From assembly GCA_014799765.1 (NCBI GenBank), contig JAAVHK010000136.1:1-60328 (forward strand): a stretch of 60,328 bases of DNA, read 5' to 3'. The notes under the pieces are model-generated. The model worked only from the letters and a program-made list of their open reading frames with translations, was not told where the DNA came from and ran no database searches. The stretch comes from Ruminococcus sp. (GTDB taxonomy: Bacteria; Bacillota; Clostridia; Oscillospirales; Ruminococcaceae). Numbering within the stretch: position 1 is the stretch's first letter; the number at the start of each line of letters is the position of its first letter. A program made the position numbers and the translations under genes. Shown piece by piece: positions 1-8,654 of the stretch.

Positions 1-1
1 G

Positions 2-394
2 TATCTTCCGTCGGAAGAGTATATAGCATTCAATACTGCATGGGGTGGCGGATACTATTCTACAGACGGCGGTGCAGTAATTCCTGTAGGAGAGTTCGCA
101 GAAGCAAGACCTGTATTTAATGGTCTTGCATGGGTAAAAGACCACGCAACAGGTTTGTGGGGAGTAATCCAGCTTACAGGCGAAAGGGCAGACGCTCCGG
201 AAAATAATGATGACGACAGCGATTCCGAAGAAGACGGCGACGACGCAGAAAACAATTCCGGTAGTAGTTCTTCTTCTTCCGGAAGTAACGGTAAAGACGC
301 ACCTAAAACAGGCGATGATTTCGGAAATGTTTTCGCATTGCTTGCACTTTCGTTAGGAGTTATGGTTATTTCAGCGAAACGCAGGGAAAAATAA
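2..394 (+). CDS. Partial (5'-truncated) sortase-anchored surface protein with a WG-repeat-like segment
   Basis: Frame open from the window edge: ...GEFAEARPVFNGLAWVKDHATGLWGVI (WG-repeat-like), acidic/Ser linker, APKTG (LPXTG-like), hydrophobic helix, basic tail KRREK. Confidence 0.75.
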   Translation, partial: YLPSEEYIAFNTAWGGGYYSTDGGAVIPVGEFAEARPVFNGLAWVKDHATGLWGVIQLTGERADAPENNDDDSDSEEDGDDAENNSGSSSSSSGSNGKDAPKTGDDFGNVFALLALSLGVMVISAKRREK

Positions 395-403
395 TTCAGA
401 TAT

Positions 404-435
404 AAAACAGAACTCTCCGGAGTTCTGTTTTTTTT
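404..435 (+). terminator. Rho-independent terminator
   Basis: AAAACAGAACTC-TCCG-GAGTTCTGTTTT hairpin followed by T-run, just after the stop codon. Confidence 0.85.
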
Positions 436-461
436 GAAATATATAAATTATCTATTGACCC

Positions 462-491
462 TTGACAAAATCCGGTTGTATAGTATATAAT
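462..491 (+). promoter_or_regulatory. SigA-type promoter of the T-box/cysE operon
   Basis: TTGACA(462-467)-18 nt-TATAAT(486-491). Confidence 0.65.
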
Positions 492-511
492 ATTATAAGC
501 AATATTTAATA

Positions 512-740
512 AAAGCGTAGCAGTCAAAGTAATTTTTATCTTGTTTTTCAGAGAGTATCGGGTTGGTGCGACGATATAAACAATAAAAATGAAGTGCGGC
601 TGTCAGCTCCGCAGAGGAAATAACAGTATTCTGTGGCGTAAGTCTCACGTTACGGGAAATGCTATAAACGGAGTGGAACAGCGTTTATATACGTCTCCGG
701 AGGGTATTTTTCTGTGTGCCTCCGGAGACTGAATTTTTTT
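512..740 (+). ncRNA. T-box riboswitch, Cys-specific
   Basis: AGTA, CAGAGAG and GGTGCGA stem I motifs; specifier GAAG-TGC-G (TGC=Cys, 595-597); antiterminator GGAG-TGGAACA-GCG/CGT-CTCC (UGGA pairs with the tRNA-Cys U73-CCA end); terminator GTCTCCGGAGG...CCTCCGGAGAC plus T-run; lies upstream of cysE/cysS. Confidence 0.9.
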
Positions 741-756
741 AAGAGGAGGAAATATT

Positions 757-1404
757 TTGTTTGAATATATAAAAAGAGATATAAGGCTCATACGGGAACG
801 TGACCCGGCTGTACACAGTACGCTTGAAATACTGCTGACATATCCCAGCCTGACGGCAGTAAGAAGTTATCGTATCGCCCACTGGTTTTATAAAAGAAAT
901 ATGTTTACCGTTGCAAGAATGATTTCACAGCATTCGAGACGTAAGACCGGTATAGAAATACACCCTGGTGCAGAAATAGGAAAGGGTCTTTTTATTGATC
1001 ACGGTATGGGCGTTGTAATAGGTGAAACTGCCGTCATAGGCGATAACTGTCTGTTGTATCAGGGCGTGACACTTGGCGGTACTGGTAAGGATAAAGGTAA
1101 AAGACACCCCACACTTGGACATAACGTACTTGTCGGAGCAGGTGCGAAAGTATTAGGTCCTTTTAAAGTCGGAAACAATGTAAAAATCGCCGCAAATGCA
1201 GTTGTTCTGAATGAAATTCCCGATAACTGTACGGCAGTAGGCGTACCGGCAAGAGTAGTAAAAAGAAACGGAAAGAAAATCTGTAAGGATGTTTGCAGTG
1301 AAATTGACCAGATACACATTCCTGACCCTGTATCACAGGAATTATGTCGGCTCAGTACGGAATTTGAAAGACTCAGGAAAGAAGTTTCAGATATGAAAAA
1401 ATAA
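757..1404 (+). CDS. cysE: Serine O-acetyltransferase
   Basis: RDPA, TGIEIHPGA, FIDHGMGVVIGET, KRHPTLG hexapeptide motifs; GAGGAGG RBS; TTG start. Confidence 0.95.
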   Translation: MFEYIKRDIRLIRERDPAVHSTLEILLTYPSLTAVRSYRIAHWFYKRNMFTVARMISQHSRRKTGIEIHPGAEIGKGLFIDHGMGVVIGETAVIGDNCLLYQGVTLGGTGKDKGKRHPTLGHNVLVGAGAKVLGPFKVGNNVKIAANAVVLNEIPDNCTAVGVPARVVKRNGKKICKDVCSEIDQIHIPDPVSQELCRLSTEFERLRKEVSDMKK

Positions 1405-1486
1405 GTCTGTAATATGCCGGTGTTCGTTACGGATACCGGCAGTGAAAAAATTCCGTACCAACAAAAATAAAAAGGAGTTTTTAAGA

Positions 1487-2005
1487 ATGTCTGTATATTT
1501 TAATTTCGGACTTGAATATATACGTTTCCGTGAATATCAGATTGAAAATATTATAAATTATATGCATGATGATTTGAAAATGAACAGGGACGATATTTCA
1601 GTACCTCCGGAGCGGTTGACTATAAGTTATGGTGTTGCCGATACAACCGGAAGAATAAGAGCATCTATTCTTGAATGGAGCAGTTTTCAGAGCAGAGTTT
1701 TTTTTGATGATACCACGGAATACAACAATATAGAAATAATTATATCTGTGGACAGTAATTTTTTCACGGCAAGAGGAGTTAAAAGTCGTGAAACCGGTAC
1801 TATATCGGAGATAGAATTTCCACATGGTCTGCCCGATGACCGCTATTCATGGGACTGGTACGAACAATTAGCGTATCAGGCTTGTGTACTACTCACCGAC
1901 GGCAGAAAACTTAATGAATTTGCGGTCAGTGAAAATCAGAAAGACAAAACTTTCAATCTTTTCGAGAAAGAAAAGGAAATACTTTCGGAATATCAGAATA
2001 CATAA
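1487..2005 (+). CDS. Hypothetical protein (172 aa)
   Basis: AAGGAG RBS before ATG 1487; fills the gap between cysE and cysS; no motif recognised. Confidence 0.7.
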   Translation: MSVYFNFGLEYIRFREYQIENIINYMHDDLKMNRDDISVPPERLTISYGVADTTGRIRASILEWSSFQSRVFFDDTTEYNNIEIIISVDSNFFTARGVKSRETGTISEIEFPHGLPDDRYSWDWYEQLAYQACVLLTDGRKLNEFAVSENQKDKTFNLFEKEKEILSEYQNT

Positions 2006-2027
2006 TTATAAAAAAGGAGTATTTATA

Positions 2028-3431
2028 ATGCAGTTATATAATTCACTTACACATAAAAAACAGGAATTTATTCCGCACGAACAGGGCAGGGCAAGTATAT
2101 ATACCTGCGGACCTACCGTGTATCACTATGCACATATAGGAAACCTCCGCACTTATATCATGGAAGACGTCCTTGAAAAGTATCTGCGTTTCACAGGTCT
2201 TGACGTCACAAGAGTAATGAACATAACAGATGTAGGACATCTTACAAGCGACGGCGATACCGGCGACGATAAAATGTTAAAAGGTGCAAAGCGTGAACAT
2301 AAAACAGTCATGGAGATAGCACAGTTTTATACGGACGCATTTTTCAGCGACTGCAAAAAACTTAATATAAAAACTCCGGACGTTGTAGTACCGGCGACAT
2401 CATATATAGACGAGTTCATAAGGGTTATACAGGTGCTTATTGATAAGGGTTATGCATACGAATCCGGCGGAAACATTTATTTTGATACGTCAAAACTTGA
2501 GAAGTACTATGTTTTCAACGATTTCAGGGAAGAAGATTTAGCAGTAGGAGTACGTGAGGGTGTGGAAGAAGATTCCAACAAGCGAAACAAGGCGGATTTT
2601 GTATTATGGTTCACCAAGTCAAAATTTGACTCTCAGGAACTTAAATGGGAAAGTCCGTTCGGTACAGGCTATCCAGGTTGGCATATAGAGTGTTCATGTA
2701 TAAGCATGAAGAATTTAGGTGAATATCTGGATATACACTGTGGCGGTATAGACAATGCATTTCCGCACCATACCAACGAAATCGCACAGAGTGAGGCATA
2801 TTTAGGTCACGAATGGTGTAACTACTGGTTTCACGTACATCATCTGAACACGAACAGCGGAAAAATGAGTAAATCAAAAGGCGAATTTTTAACGGTATCG
2901 CTACTTGAGGAAAAAGGATATAATCCGATTGTATACAGATATTTCTGTTTACTGTCGCATTATAGAAAGTCGCTTGTATTCGACTGGGATAATTTAAACA
3001 ATGCAGTGACGTCTTATAATAAGATTATCGAAAAAACAGCACTTTTTGTCAATGAAACTTCCGGAGATATTGACAGTATGGAATACGACAGACTTATGAA
3101 GAATTTCACAGACGCATTCGACAATGATTTAAATACATCACTTGCGATTACCGCATTGTATGATGTACTGAAATCTGAAACAAATTCCGTAACAAAAACT
3201 GCATTGATTAAGGAATTTGATAAAGTTTTAGGTCTCGACATAATAGAAAATGCCATGAAAGCAAATCAGGGTGAGGAGATACCGGCGGAAGTCCTTGCAC
3301 TCGTCGAGGAAAGAAAGTCTGCCCGTAAGGAAAAGAATTTTGTACTTGCCGACGAGATACGGAATAAAATAACCGCACTCGGCTATGAAGTCCGTGAAAC
3401 AAGGCAAGGAGTTGAAATAAGAAAAATATGA
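2028..3431 (+). CDS. cysS: Cysteine--tRNA ligase
   Basis: CGPTVY, HIGN, PGWHIECS and KMSKS motifs; AAGGAG RBS before ATG 2028. Confidence 0.97.
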   Translation: MQLYNSLTHKKQEFIPHEQGRASIYTCGPTVYHYAHIGNLRTYIMEDVLEKYLRFTGLDVTRVMNITDVGHLTSDGDTGDDKMLKGAKREHKTVMEIAQFYTDAFFSDCKKLNIKTPDVVVPATSYIDEFIRVIQVLIDKGYAYESGGNIYFDTSKLEKYYVFNDFREEDLAVGVREGVEEDSNKRNKADFVLWFTKSKFDSQELKWESPFGTGYPGWHIECSCISMKNLGEYLDIHCGGIDNAFPHHTNEIAQSEAYLGHEWCNYWFHVHHLNTNSGKMSKSKGEFLTVSLLEEKGYNPIVYRYFCLLSHYRKSLVFDWDNLNNAVTSYNKIIEKTALFVNETSGDIDSMEYDRLMKNFTDAFDNDLNTSLAITALYDVLKSETNSVTKTALIKEFDKVLGLDIIENAMKANQGEEIPAEVLALVEERKSARKEKNFVLADEIRNKITALGYEVRETRQGVEIRKI

Positions 3432-3802
3432 ATTTCAGAAATGGAAATCTGTATATATTTGAGAATAACAATAAAATAATGGGTGCGTGTTCTGTTGAAA
3501 CAGATAGCGTTTTTGAAAATAATGACTTCTGGAAAATAAATGACGGTACACAGTGTGAAATCACAAGAATAGTTATTGCACCTGAATATCAGGGAAACGG
3601 TTATGCAAAAATAATGGTGAAAAAACTTATTGAAACACTTGTTGAAAAGGGCTGTAAATCCGTGCATTTATTTGTAGTGAAAAGCAATATTCCGGCTTTG
3701 AAGACGTATAAAAGTCTGAAATTTGATTTTGCCGGAGAGTGCAGTATGTTCGGACATGAATATTTTGCTATGGAGTACATTGAAGACGGGAAAGAGGGAT
3801 AA
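3428..3802 (+). CDS. GNAT family N-acetyltransferase (short, may lack the N-terminus)
   Basis: IAPEYQGNGYA acetyl-CoA-binding motif, NIPALKTYKSLKF; ATGA overlap with cysS. Confidence 0.8.
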   Translation: MNFRNGNLYIFENNNKIMGACSVETDSVFENNDFWKINDGTQCEITRIVIAPEYQGNGYAKIMVKKLIETLVEKGCKSVHLFVVKSNIPALKTYKSLKFDFAGECSMFGHEYFAMEYIEDGKEG

Positions 3803-3803
3803 A

Positions 3804-4589
3804 ATGGCAAGAATATATCCGCTTTTCAGTTCCAGTAAAGGAAATTCCTACTTTATCGGGACTGAAAAGTGTGGAATACTTATAGATTGTGGAGTAAGTT
3901 TCCGACGACTTTCGACAGCATTGACGGCAAACAGGATACCGGTAACGGCTATACAGGGAGTATTCATAACTCATGAACATAGTGACCATGTTTCCGGCTT
4001 GAAAGTGCTTACTAATAAGACAGGTATAACAGTATACGGTACGAAAAAAACGCTCCGGAAGTTATGTGATGATGATAAAATTTCTTCTAAGTCTCGTGTG
4101 ATAGAGGTGAAGAAAAGTATAGTCTGTGCGGATATGGAAATAAATAAGTTCAGAATATCTCACGATGCCATAGACCCTTGTGGTTATAAGATACATACTT
4201 CCGACGATAAATATTGTGCAGTATGTACCGATACAGGCGTAATAACTCCGGAAGCGGAAAAAGCATTTAAAGGTTGTAAAATGGTACTTCTTGAATCGAA
4301 TTACGACGAGAATATGTTAAGACAGGGGAATTATCCGTTTCACCTGAAACAGCGAATACTTTCTGAAACCGGACATCTTTCAAATGAAGCCTGTACCATA
4401 CAGATAGGAAAACTGATAGAAAAAGGCACAACGCATATAGTTTTAGGGCATCTCAGTCAGGAAAACAATACCCCACAGACAGCATTTGCGACGGCAAGGA
4501 AATTTCTTGACAAAAAATATAAATTCAATAAGGATTACATAATGGGCGTAGCACCGGTCGAGACAAACGGAGGGGCGGTTATTTTTTGA
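3804..4589 (+). CDS. MBL-fold metallo-hydrolase, WalJ/YycJ-like
   Basis: SSSKGN, THEHSDH, SHDA, LESNYD, GHLSN, HLSQENN; adjacent to rlmH. Confidence 0.9.
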   Translation: MARIYPLFSSSKGNSYFIGTEKCGILIDCGVSFRRLSTALTANRIPVTAIQGVFITHEHSDHVSGLKVLTNKTGITVYGTKKTLRKLCDDDKISSKSRVIEVKKSIVCADMEINKFRISHDAIDPCGYKIHTSDDKYCAVCTDTGVITPEAEKAFKGCKMVLLESNYDENMLRQGNYPFHLKQRILSETGHLSNEACTIQIGKLIEKGTTHIVLGHLSQENNTPQTAFATARKFLDKKYKFNKDYIMGVAPVETNGGAVIF

Positions 4590-5062
4590 TTACGATAAAT
4601 TTAATAGTTATAGGAAAACTTAAAGAAGAATATTTACGGAGTGCCTGTGCGGAATACATAAAAAGGCTTTCGAGATACTGTAATTTTGAAATCCACGAAC
4701 TTGACGAGTACAGACTAAGTGAAAATCCGTCAGAAAAGGAAATAGATACGGCATTACAGAAAGAGGCGGTACAGATAAAAAAGTATCTGAAAGGCATGAT
4801 AATACCAATGTGCATAGAGGGAAAACAACTCACGAGTGTAAAGTTTTCTGAAAAAATAACGTCAGCCGGTGTGAACGGTTTCAGTGCGGTGACTTTCATA
4901 ATCGGAAGTTCTTTCGGACTTGCACCGGAAATAAAGTCAATAGGAAATTTAAAACTTTCGATGTCGGATATGACTTTTCCGCACCAGTTGGCGAGGGTCA
5001 TGTTACTGGAGCAGGTTTACAGGGCTTTTCAGATTGCAGAGGGCGGAAAGTATCATAAATAG
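4586..5062 (+). CDS. rlmH: 23S rRNA m3Psi1915 methyltransferase
   Basis: IGKLKE, FIIGSSFG, MTFPHQLARVMLLEQVYRA, C-terminal YHK. Confidence 0.95.
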   Translation: MITINLIVIGKLKEEYLRSACAEYIKRLSRYCNFEIHELDEYRLSENPSEKEIDTALQKEAVQIKKYLKGMIIPMCIEGKQLTSVKFSEKITSAGVNGFSAVTFIIGSSFGLAPEIKSIGNLKLSMSDMTFPHQLARVMLLEQVYRAFQIAEGGKYHK

Positions 5063-5070
5063 GTGATAAT

Positions 5071-5388
5071 ATGGCAGTGGATTTATTAAGATTTGATGGC
5101 GATTGCAACGACAAAAAAAGTGAAATAATTTATAGTTATCCGGTTGCGTCTGAAAAATACTTCAGAAGCGTATGGGAAGTCGGCATTTCTGAAACTGGCT
5201 TGAAATTATTCAGGGACGAAGGAAGTTTCACGCCTGCTCAGAAAGATGAAGTAATTGACGAACTTAATAAACTAATGAAATGGTGCGATAAAAATAATTA
5301 TTTAAGAATGCACAGCCGGATTGAAGAATTAATTGCGGTCATTCAGGAAGAGTCAATGAAAGGCAATGAACCTTTTTATATTTTTTAA
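5071..5388 (+). CDS. Hypothetical protein (105 aa)
   Basis: AGGTG RBS, ATG start; no family recognised with confidence. Confidence 0.7.
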   Translation: MAVDLLRFDGDCNDKKSEIIYSYPVASEKYFRSVWEVGISETGLKLFRDEGSFTPAQKDEVIDELNKLMKWCDKNNYLRMHSRIEELIAVIQEESMKGNEPFYIF

Positions 5389-5431
5389 AGTTACATAATA
5401 AATAAGCACAAACCTGAAAGGAGGAACAAAC

Positions 5432-6589
5432 ATGAACGAAGAATATTACAGGGCGGAAATATCCTTACTGAATAATGAAATATACCGTCTCAACAGGAAG
5501 ATTGCGGAAGAACAGAAAAATAAGTCACCTGATAAAATGAATCCGTTTGATAATCCGACAGAATATCCGGAATTTAGTGGCGACTATTCCGACATAATGC
5601 CGGAACTTGATGCACCTGACTGTAAAATACCACTTGAACCTGAACTCGCTGAACGTCGTAAAATAAGACGTTTTTATTCAGTAGGCGGTTGGTGCGTACT
5701 CGGACAGTTTTTTATAAGTAATCTTCTTACATATGCGATAATATATATATTGCGTATGATAATAGGTTCAATGAACGGTGATGCAGATGCGGAAACAATA
5801 TTTTCATATATAGAAGGCTCTTCGATATTTGCCGGAATAAATACAATTGCCTTTATTATTTCAAATATAGGTTTTGCGTTCATGGGAATGAAATTGGCAC
5901 ATATTCCGAAAAGTCAGCTTGTCCGGACACGTAACTTCAGTTTCGGGAAAGCCTTGCAGTATTGTCTGATAGCGTTTTTTCTGTGGGAATTTTCTGCGAT
6001 AGTTGCCGGAGCAATAGACAGTATTTTTGTACAGTACGGTTATACAACGGACGTCATGGAAATGGACGGTATAGCGGTTACCGGTACGGGCTGGGCAATA
6101 ATGACGGTTTATACCTGTATAATAGCACCGATTACAGAGGAAATGTTTTTCAGAGGTATGCTTTTAAGGACTTTTTCACGGAGTAATCAGCGGTTTGCGG
6201 TATTTGCGACGGCGTTTTTTTTCGGAATATCGCACCATAATATACCACAGTTTACGCTTGCATTCATAATGGGAGTTTTCCTTGCACATATTACACTGAA
6301 ACATAATTCGATACTTCCGGCGGTAATCGTACACATTTTTGTCAATACGTCGTCTACACTTATGGCGTATGTTGAAGAGTTCGCCGGATATATATTTACA
6401 TCAATGCTTATAATGGTCATAGCGGTAATGGGATTTTTTCTGTTATTTATATTCCGTGAAAATAACAGGATACCGGCAACAACTCCGGCACAGTCGAGAC
6501 GAGGTATTACGGTGGCAAGAAGTTCAGTTATGTTTATGCTTTCAGTTTTCATACAGGTGATATATACGGTATTATTGATATTTATGTAA
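5432..6589 (+). CDS. CPBP/Abi (CAAX) intramembrane metalloprotease
   Basis: APITEEMFFRG, FGISH and HIFVN motifs, many TM helices; AGGAGG RBS. Confidence 0.9.
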   Translation: MNEEYYRAEISLLNNEIYRLNRKIAEEQKNKSPDKMNPFDNPTEYPEFSGDYSDIMPELDAPDCKIPLEPELAERRKIRRFYSVGGWCVLGQFFISNLLTYAIIYILRMIIGSMNGDADAETIFSYIEGSSIFAGINTIAFIISNIGFAFMGMKLAHIPKSQLVRTRNFSFGKALQYCLIAFFLWEFSAIVAGAIDSIFVQYGYTTDVMEMDGIAVTGTGWAIMTVYTCIIAPITEEMFFRGMLLRTFSRSNQRFAVFATAFFFGISHHNIPQFTLAFIMGVFLAHITLKHNSILPAVIVHIFVNTSSTLMAYVEEFAGYIFTSMLIMVIAVMGFFLLFIFRENNRIPATTPAQSRRGITVARSSVMFMLSVFIQVIYTVLLIFM

Positions 6590-6593
6590 TTTA

Positions 6594-6628
6594 AAGGCGG
6601 TCATTGTTCTGTTGACCGCCTTGTTTTT
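6594..6628. terminator. Terminator hairpin between convergent genes
   Basis: AAGGCGGTCA-9 nt-TGACCGCCTT then T-rich tail. Confidence 0.75.
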
Positions 6629-7224
6629 CAGTCAGAACGGTGATATATGACAGGTCTTGACTGTATACCTTTAAGGGCAGAGGAAATAGTTTCCGGTATC
6701 ATGGAAAATTCCGCAACAAGTGAGGCTGGTTTGTTTGTACAGTCGTCCTGTAACATAGGTACAAAATAGTAATTTTTTCTGTTGAAGAGTTCGCCTATAT
6801 TTTTCGCTGACCCTGAAAGAGAATCATTGGAGGCTATCGCAAGCACTACAGGTTTACCGCTTCTCAGATGTGATTTGACAGCCATTGTAACTGCTGTATC
6901 GGTTATACTGTTGGCAAGTTTTGAAGCGGTATTCGATGTGCAAGGTGCTACTATCATGATGTCGGTCATATTTTTCGGTCCTATAGGTTCGGCGTCGGTT
7001 ATGGACATAATGACATCTCTTCCGGCTATTTCAGACAGTTTTTTAATATTTTCGTCTGCCGTACCGAAACGTGTGGAAGTTCCGGAAGCGTTTTCCGACA
7101 TTATGGGTATAATTTCCGCACCCATATTTTTCAGAATTTCCGCCTGTTCAAAACATTTTGCGAAAGTACAGAAAGAACCTGTCATAGCGAATCCTATTTT
7201 AAGACCGCTGAAAATTTCACTCAT
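6628..7224 (-). CDS. spoVFB: Dipicolinate synthase subunit B
   Basis: GFAMTGSFCT, AEPIGPK, APCTSNT, QDD..KP motifs; flavoprotein fold. Confidence 0.93.
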   Translation of the reverse strand: MSEIFSGLKIGFAMTGSFCTFAKCFEQAEILKNMGAEIIPIMSENASGTSTRFGTADENIKKLSEIAGRDVIMSITDAEPIGPKNMTDIMIVAPCTSNTASKLANSITDTAVTMAVKSHLRSGKPVVLAIASNDSLSGSAKNIGELFNRKNYYFVPMLQDDCTNKPASLVAEFSMIPETISSALKGIQSRPVIYHRSD

Positions 7225-8084
7225 TTATAAAAACCCCTTTCTTCGATAATTCCGGCTATAGTTTCGGCTATAAATTCTCCGGAAGTAACCGGAGCTGTTT
7301 TCCCGGGTATACCTAAAGCCCATATTACTTTTTTACCGAGTATTGTCGCCGACTTGAAATCTATTCCGCCTGGTTTGGATGCAAGGTCAATGAAAAGTGT
7401 ATCATCACTGAAATGTTTCAGTAATTCGTTATCGAAAATCATTTCAGGTACTGTATTGAATACAAGTTTGTAATCAGTCGTCATATTTTCCGTGAAAACC
7501 GGTCTGATACCTGCCATACGTGCTTTTGCAGAGCCTTTTTCATTGTGTACGGCAACAGTTATGTTACTTCCGAATCCTTTCAGAATTTCCGCCAATGATG
7601 TTCCTATTCTGCCCATACCTACTATGAGAACGTCCAGACCGTTCAGTGTGACCGGCAGTTCACTGAGGGCTATTTCAACAGCACCCTCGGCGGTAGGTAT
7701 GGCGTTTTTAAGACTTAAATCTTCGCATTTCATGTAGTCGATTATTTCGTGTTCGGGGAAAATATCTGATAATTTTTTATCATATTTTCCGACGAATACA
7801 ACACCATCAGGTTTAAGAAGTCTCCGTATTTCTTCGGGGTTTATTTCCGTATCGCTGAACGGTGCTTTGATACTGCCGTTTTCGTCGAGAGGTGGCACAG
7901 GCAGTACCACAAAATCATAAAAGCCGTTTGTATCTGTGACGGCTTGTTTGAGATTGTTTTTTTCGTTTATCGAATCGGCGGAAAATCCCATGACATAAGT
8001 ATTATATACCGCTGAAAGTTTTCCGGCACAATATATCTGACGCATATCACCGCCGGAAACAAGTATTTTAATTTTATCTTTCAT
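7221..8084 (-). CDS. spoVFA: Dipicolinate synthase subunit A
   Basis: GGDMRQ, NAIPTAEGA, IDLASKPGG, GIPGKTAP; overlaps spoVFB; alternative start 8096. Confidence 0.92.
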   Translation of the reverse strand: MKDKIKILVSGGDMRQIYCAGKLSAVYNTYVMGFSADSINEKNNLKQAVTDTNGFYDFVVLPVPPLDENGSIKAPFSDTEINPEEIRRLLKPDGVVFVGKYDKKLSDIFPEHEIIDYMKCEDLSLKNAIPTAEGAVEIALSELPVTLNGLDVLIVGMGRIGTSLAEILKGFGSNITVAVHNEKGSAKARMAGIRPVFTENMTTDYKLVFNTVPEMIFDNELLKHFSDDTLFIDLASKPGGIDFKSATILGKKVIWALGIPGKTAPVTSGEFIAETIAGIIEERGFYK

Positions 8085-8137
8085 ATAATTCTCCATTCTG
8101 CCGTATGAAACGGCTTACAGAAAAAATTTTTCTGCTG

Positions 8138-8168
8138 TATTATATGAAATTCCCATACAATAGTGTGC
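8138..8168 (-). promoter_or_regulatory. Putative SigK promoter of spoVFAB
   Basis: Minus strand ACAC-16 nt-CATATAATA fits the SigK consensus; spoVF is SigK-dependent in B. subtilis. Confidence 0.55.
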
Positions 8169-8170
8169 AT

Positions 8171-8202
8171 AAAAAGAGCGTGTCCGCTCGTAAGTGGACA
8201 CG
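8171..8202 (-). terminator. Rho-independent terminator of the pheA-metH-prfB-hyp transcript
   Basis: Minus strand CGTGTCCACT-TACG-AGCGGACACG (one mismatch) then CTCTTTTT. Confidence 0.75.
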
Positions 8203-8646
8203 TTATAAATATTTATATCCTGTTTTATCTTTCCAGCCGTCGCCAATGAATATCTGACAAATTTCTTCAAGCCTTTCGACTTTGGAGTTAAGTTTTTTCG
8301 ATTCTCCGGAAAGTTTTTCGTTCTGTTCTTTAAGACCTGCAATTTGTTCTTGAAGATTTACAATACTATCCGTCAGATTTTTTTTCCATTCTTTTATTTC
8401 GTCCGCCGTGACCGTCTGGTGTTCTTTTATAATATCGTCATCAGATTTTCCGTTAATAGATTCAATTGCAATTTTGTTTTTGAACTCATCTGTATATGTC
8501 ATGCCCTCCGGTTTAGGTTTGGATTCAGGTTTTTCAGGTTCTGGGGGCTTTTCGGGTTCTTTTTTCGGTGGGTCTTTCGGTTTCAATTTGTTGACAATCA
8601 TGAAAAAAATTCCCATTATCAACAGCCATATAATAAAATCGGTCAT
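8203..8646 (-). CDS. Membrane-anchored protein with an IS3 OrfA-like HTH and coiled coil
   Basis: N-terminal TM helix, P/K/E-rich linker, YTDEFKNKIAIE...EIKEWKK, then heptad repeats. Confidence 0.7.
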   Translation of the reverse strand: MTDFIIWLLIMGIFFMIVNKLKPKDPPKKEPEKPPEPEKPESKPKPEGMTYTDEFKNKIAIESINGKSDDDIIKEHQTVTADEIKEWKKNLTDSIVNLQEQIAGLKEQNEKLSGESKKLNSKVERLEEICQIFIGDGWKDKTGYKYL

Positions 8647-8654
8647 TTCAGGAA

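Noticed and set aside
1884-2027. N-terminal extensions in the ORF track for cysS (also prfB, dnaX, the WalJ-like gene, rimO and the redoxin)
   Set aside because: Downstream starts have proper RBSs and match family N-termini; the extensions overlap neighbouring genes or the SRP RNA.
8203-8646. Intact IS3 element
   Set aside because: No OrfB/DDE domain, terminal inverted repeats or target duplication seen; reported only as a possible domesticated domain.
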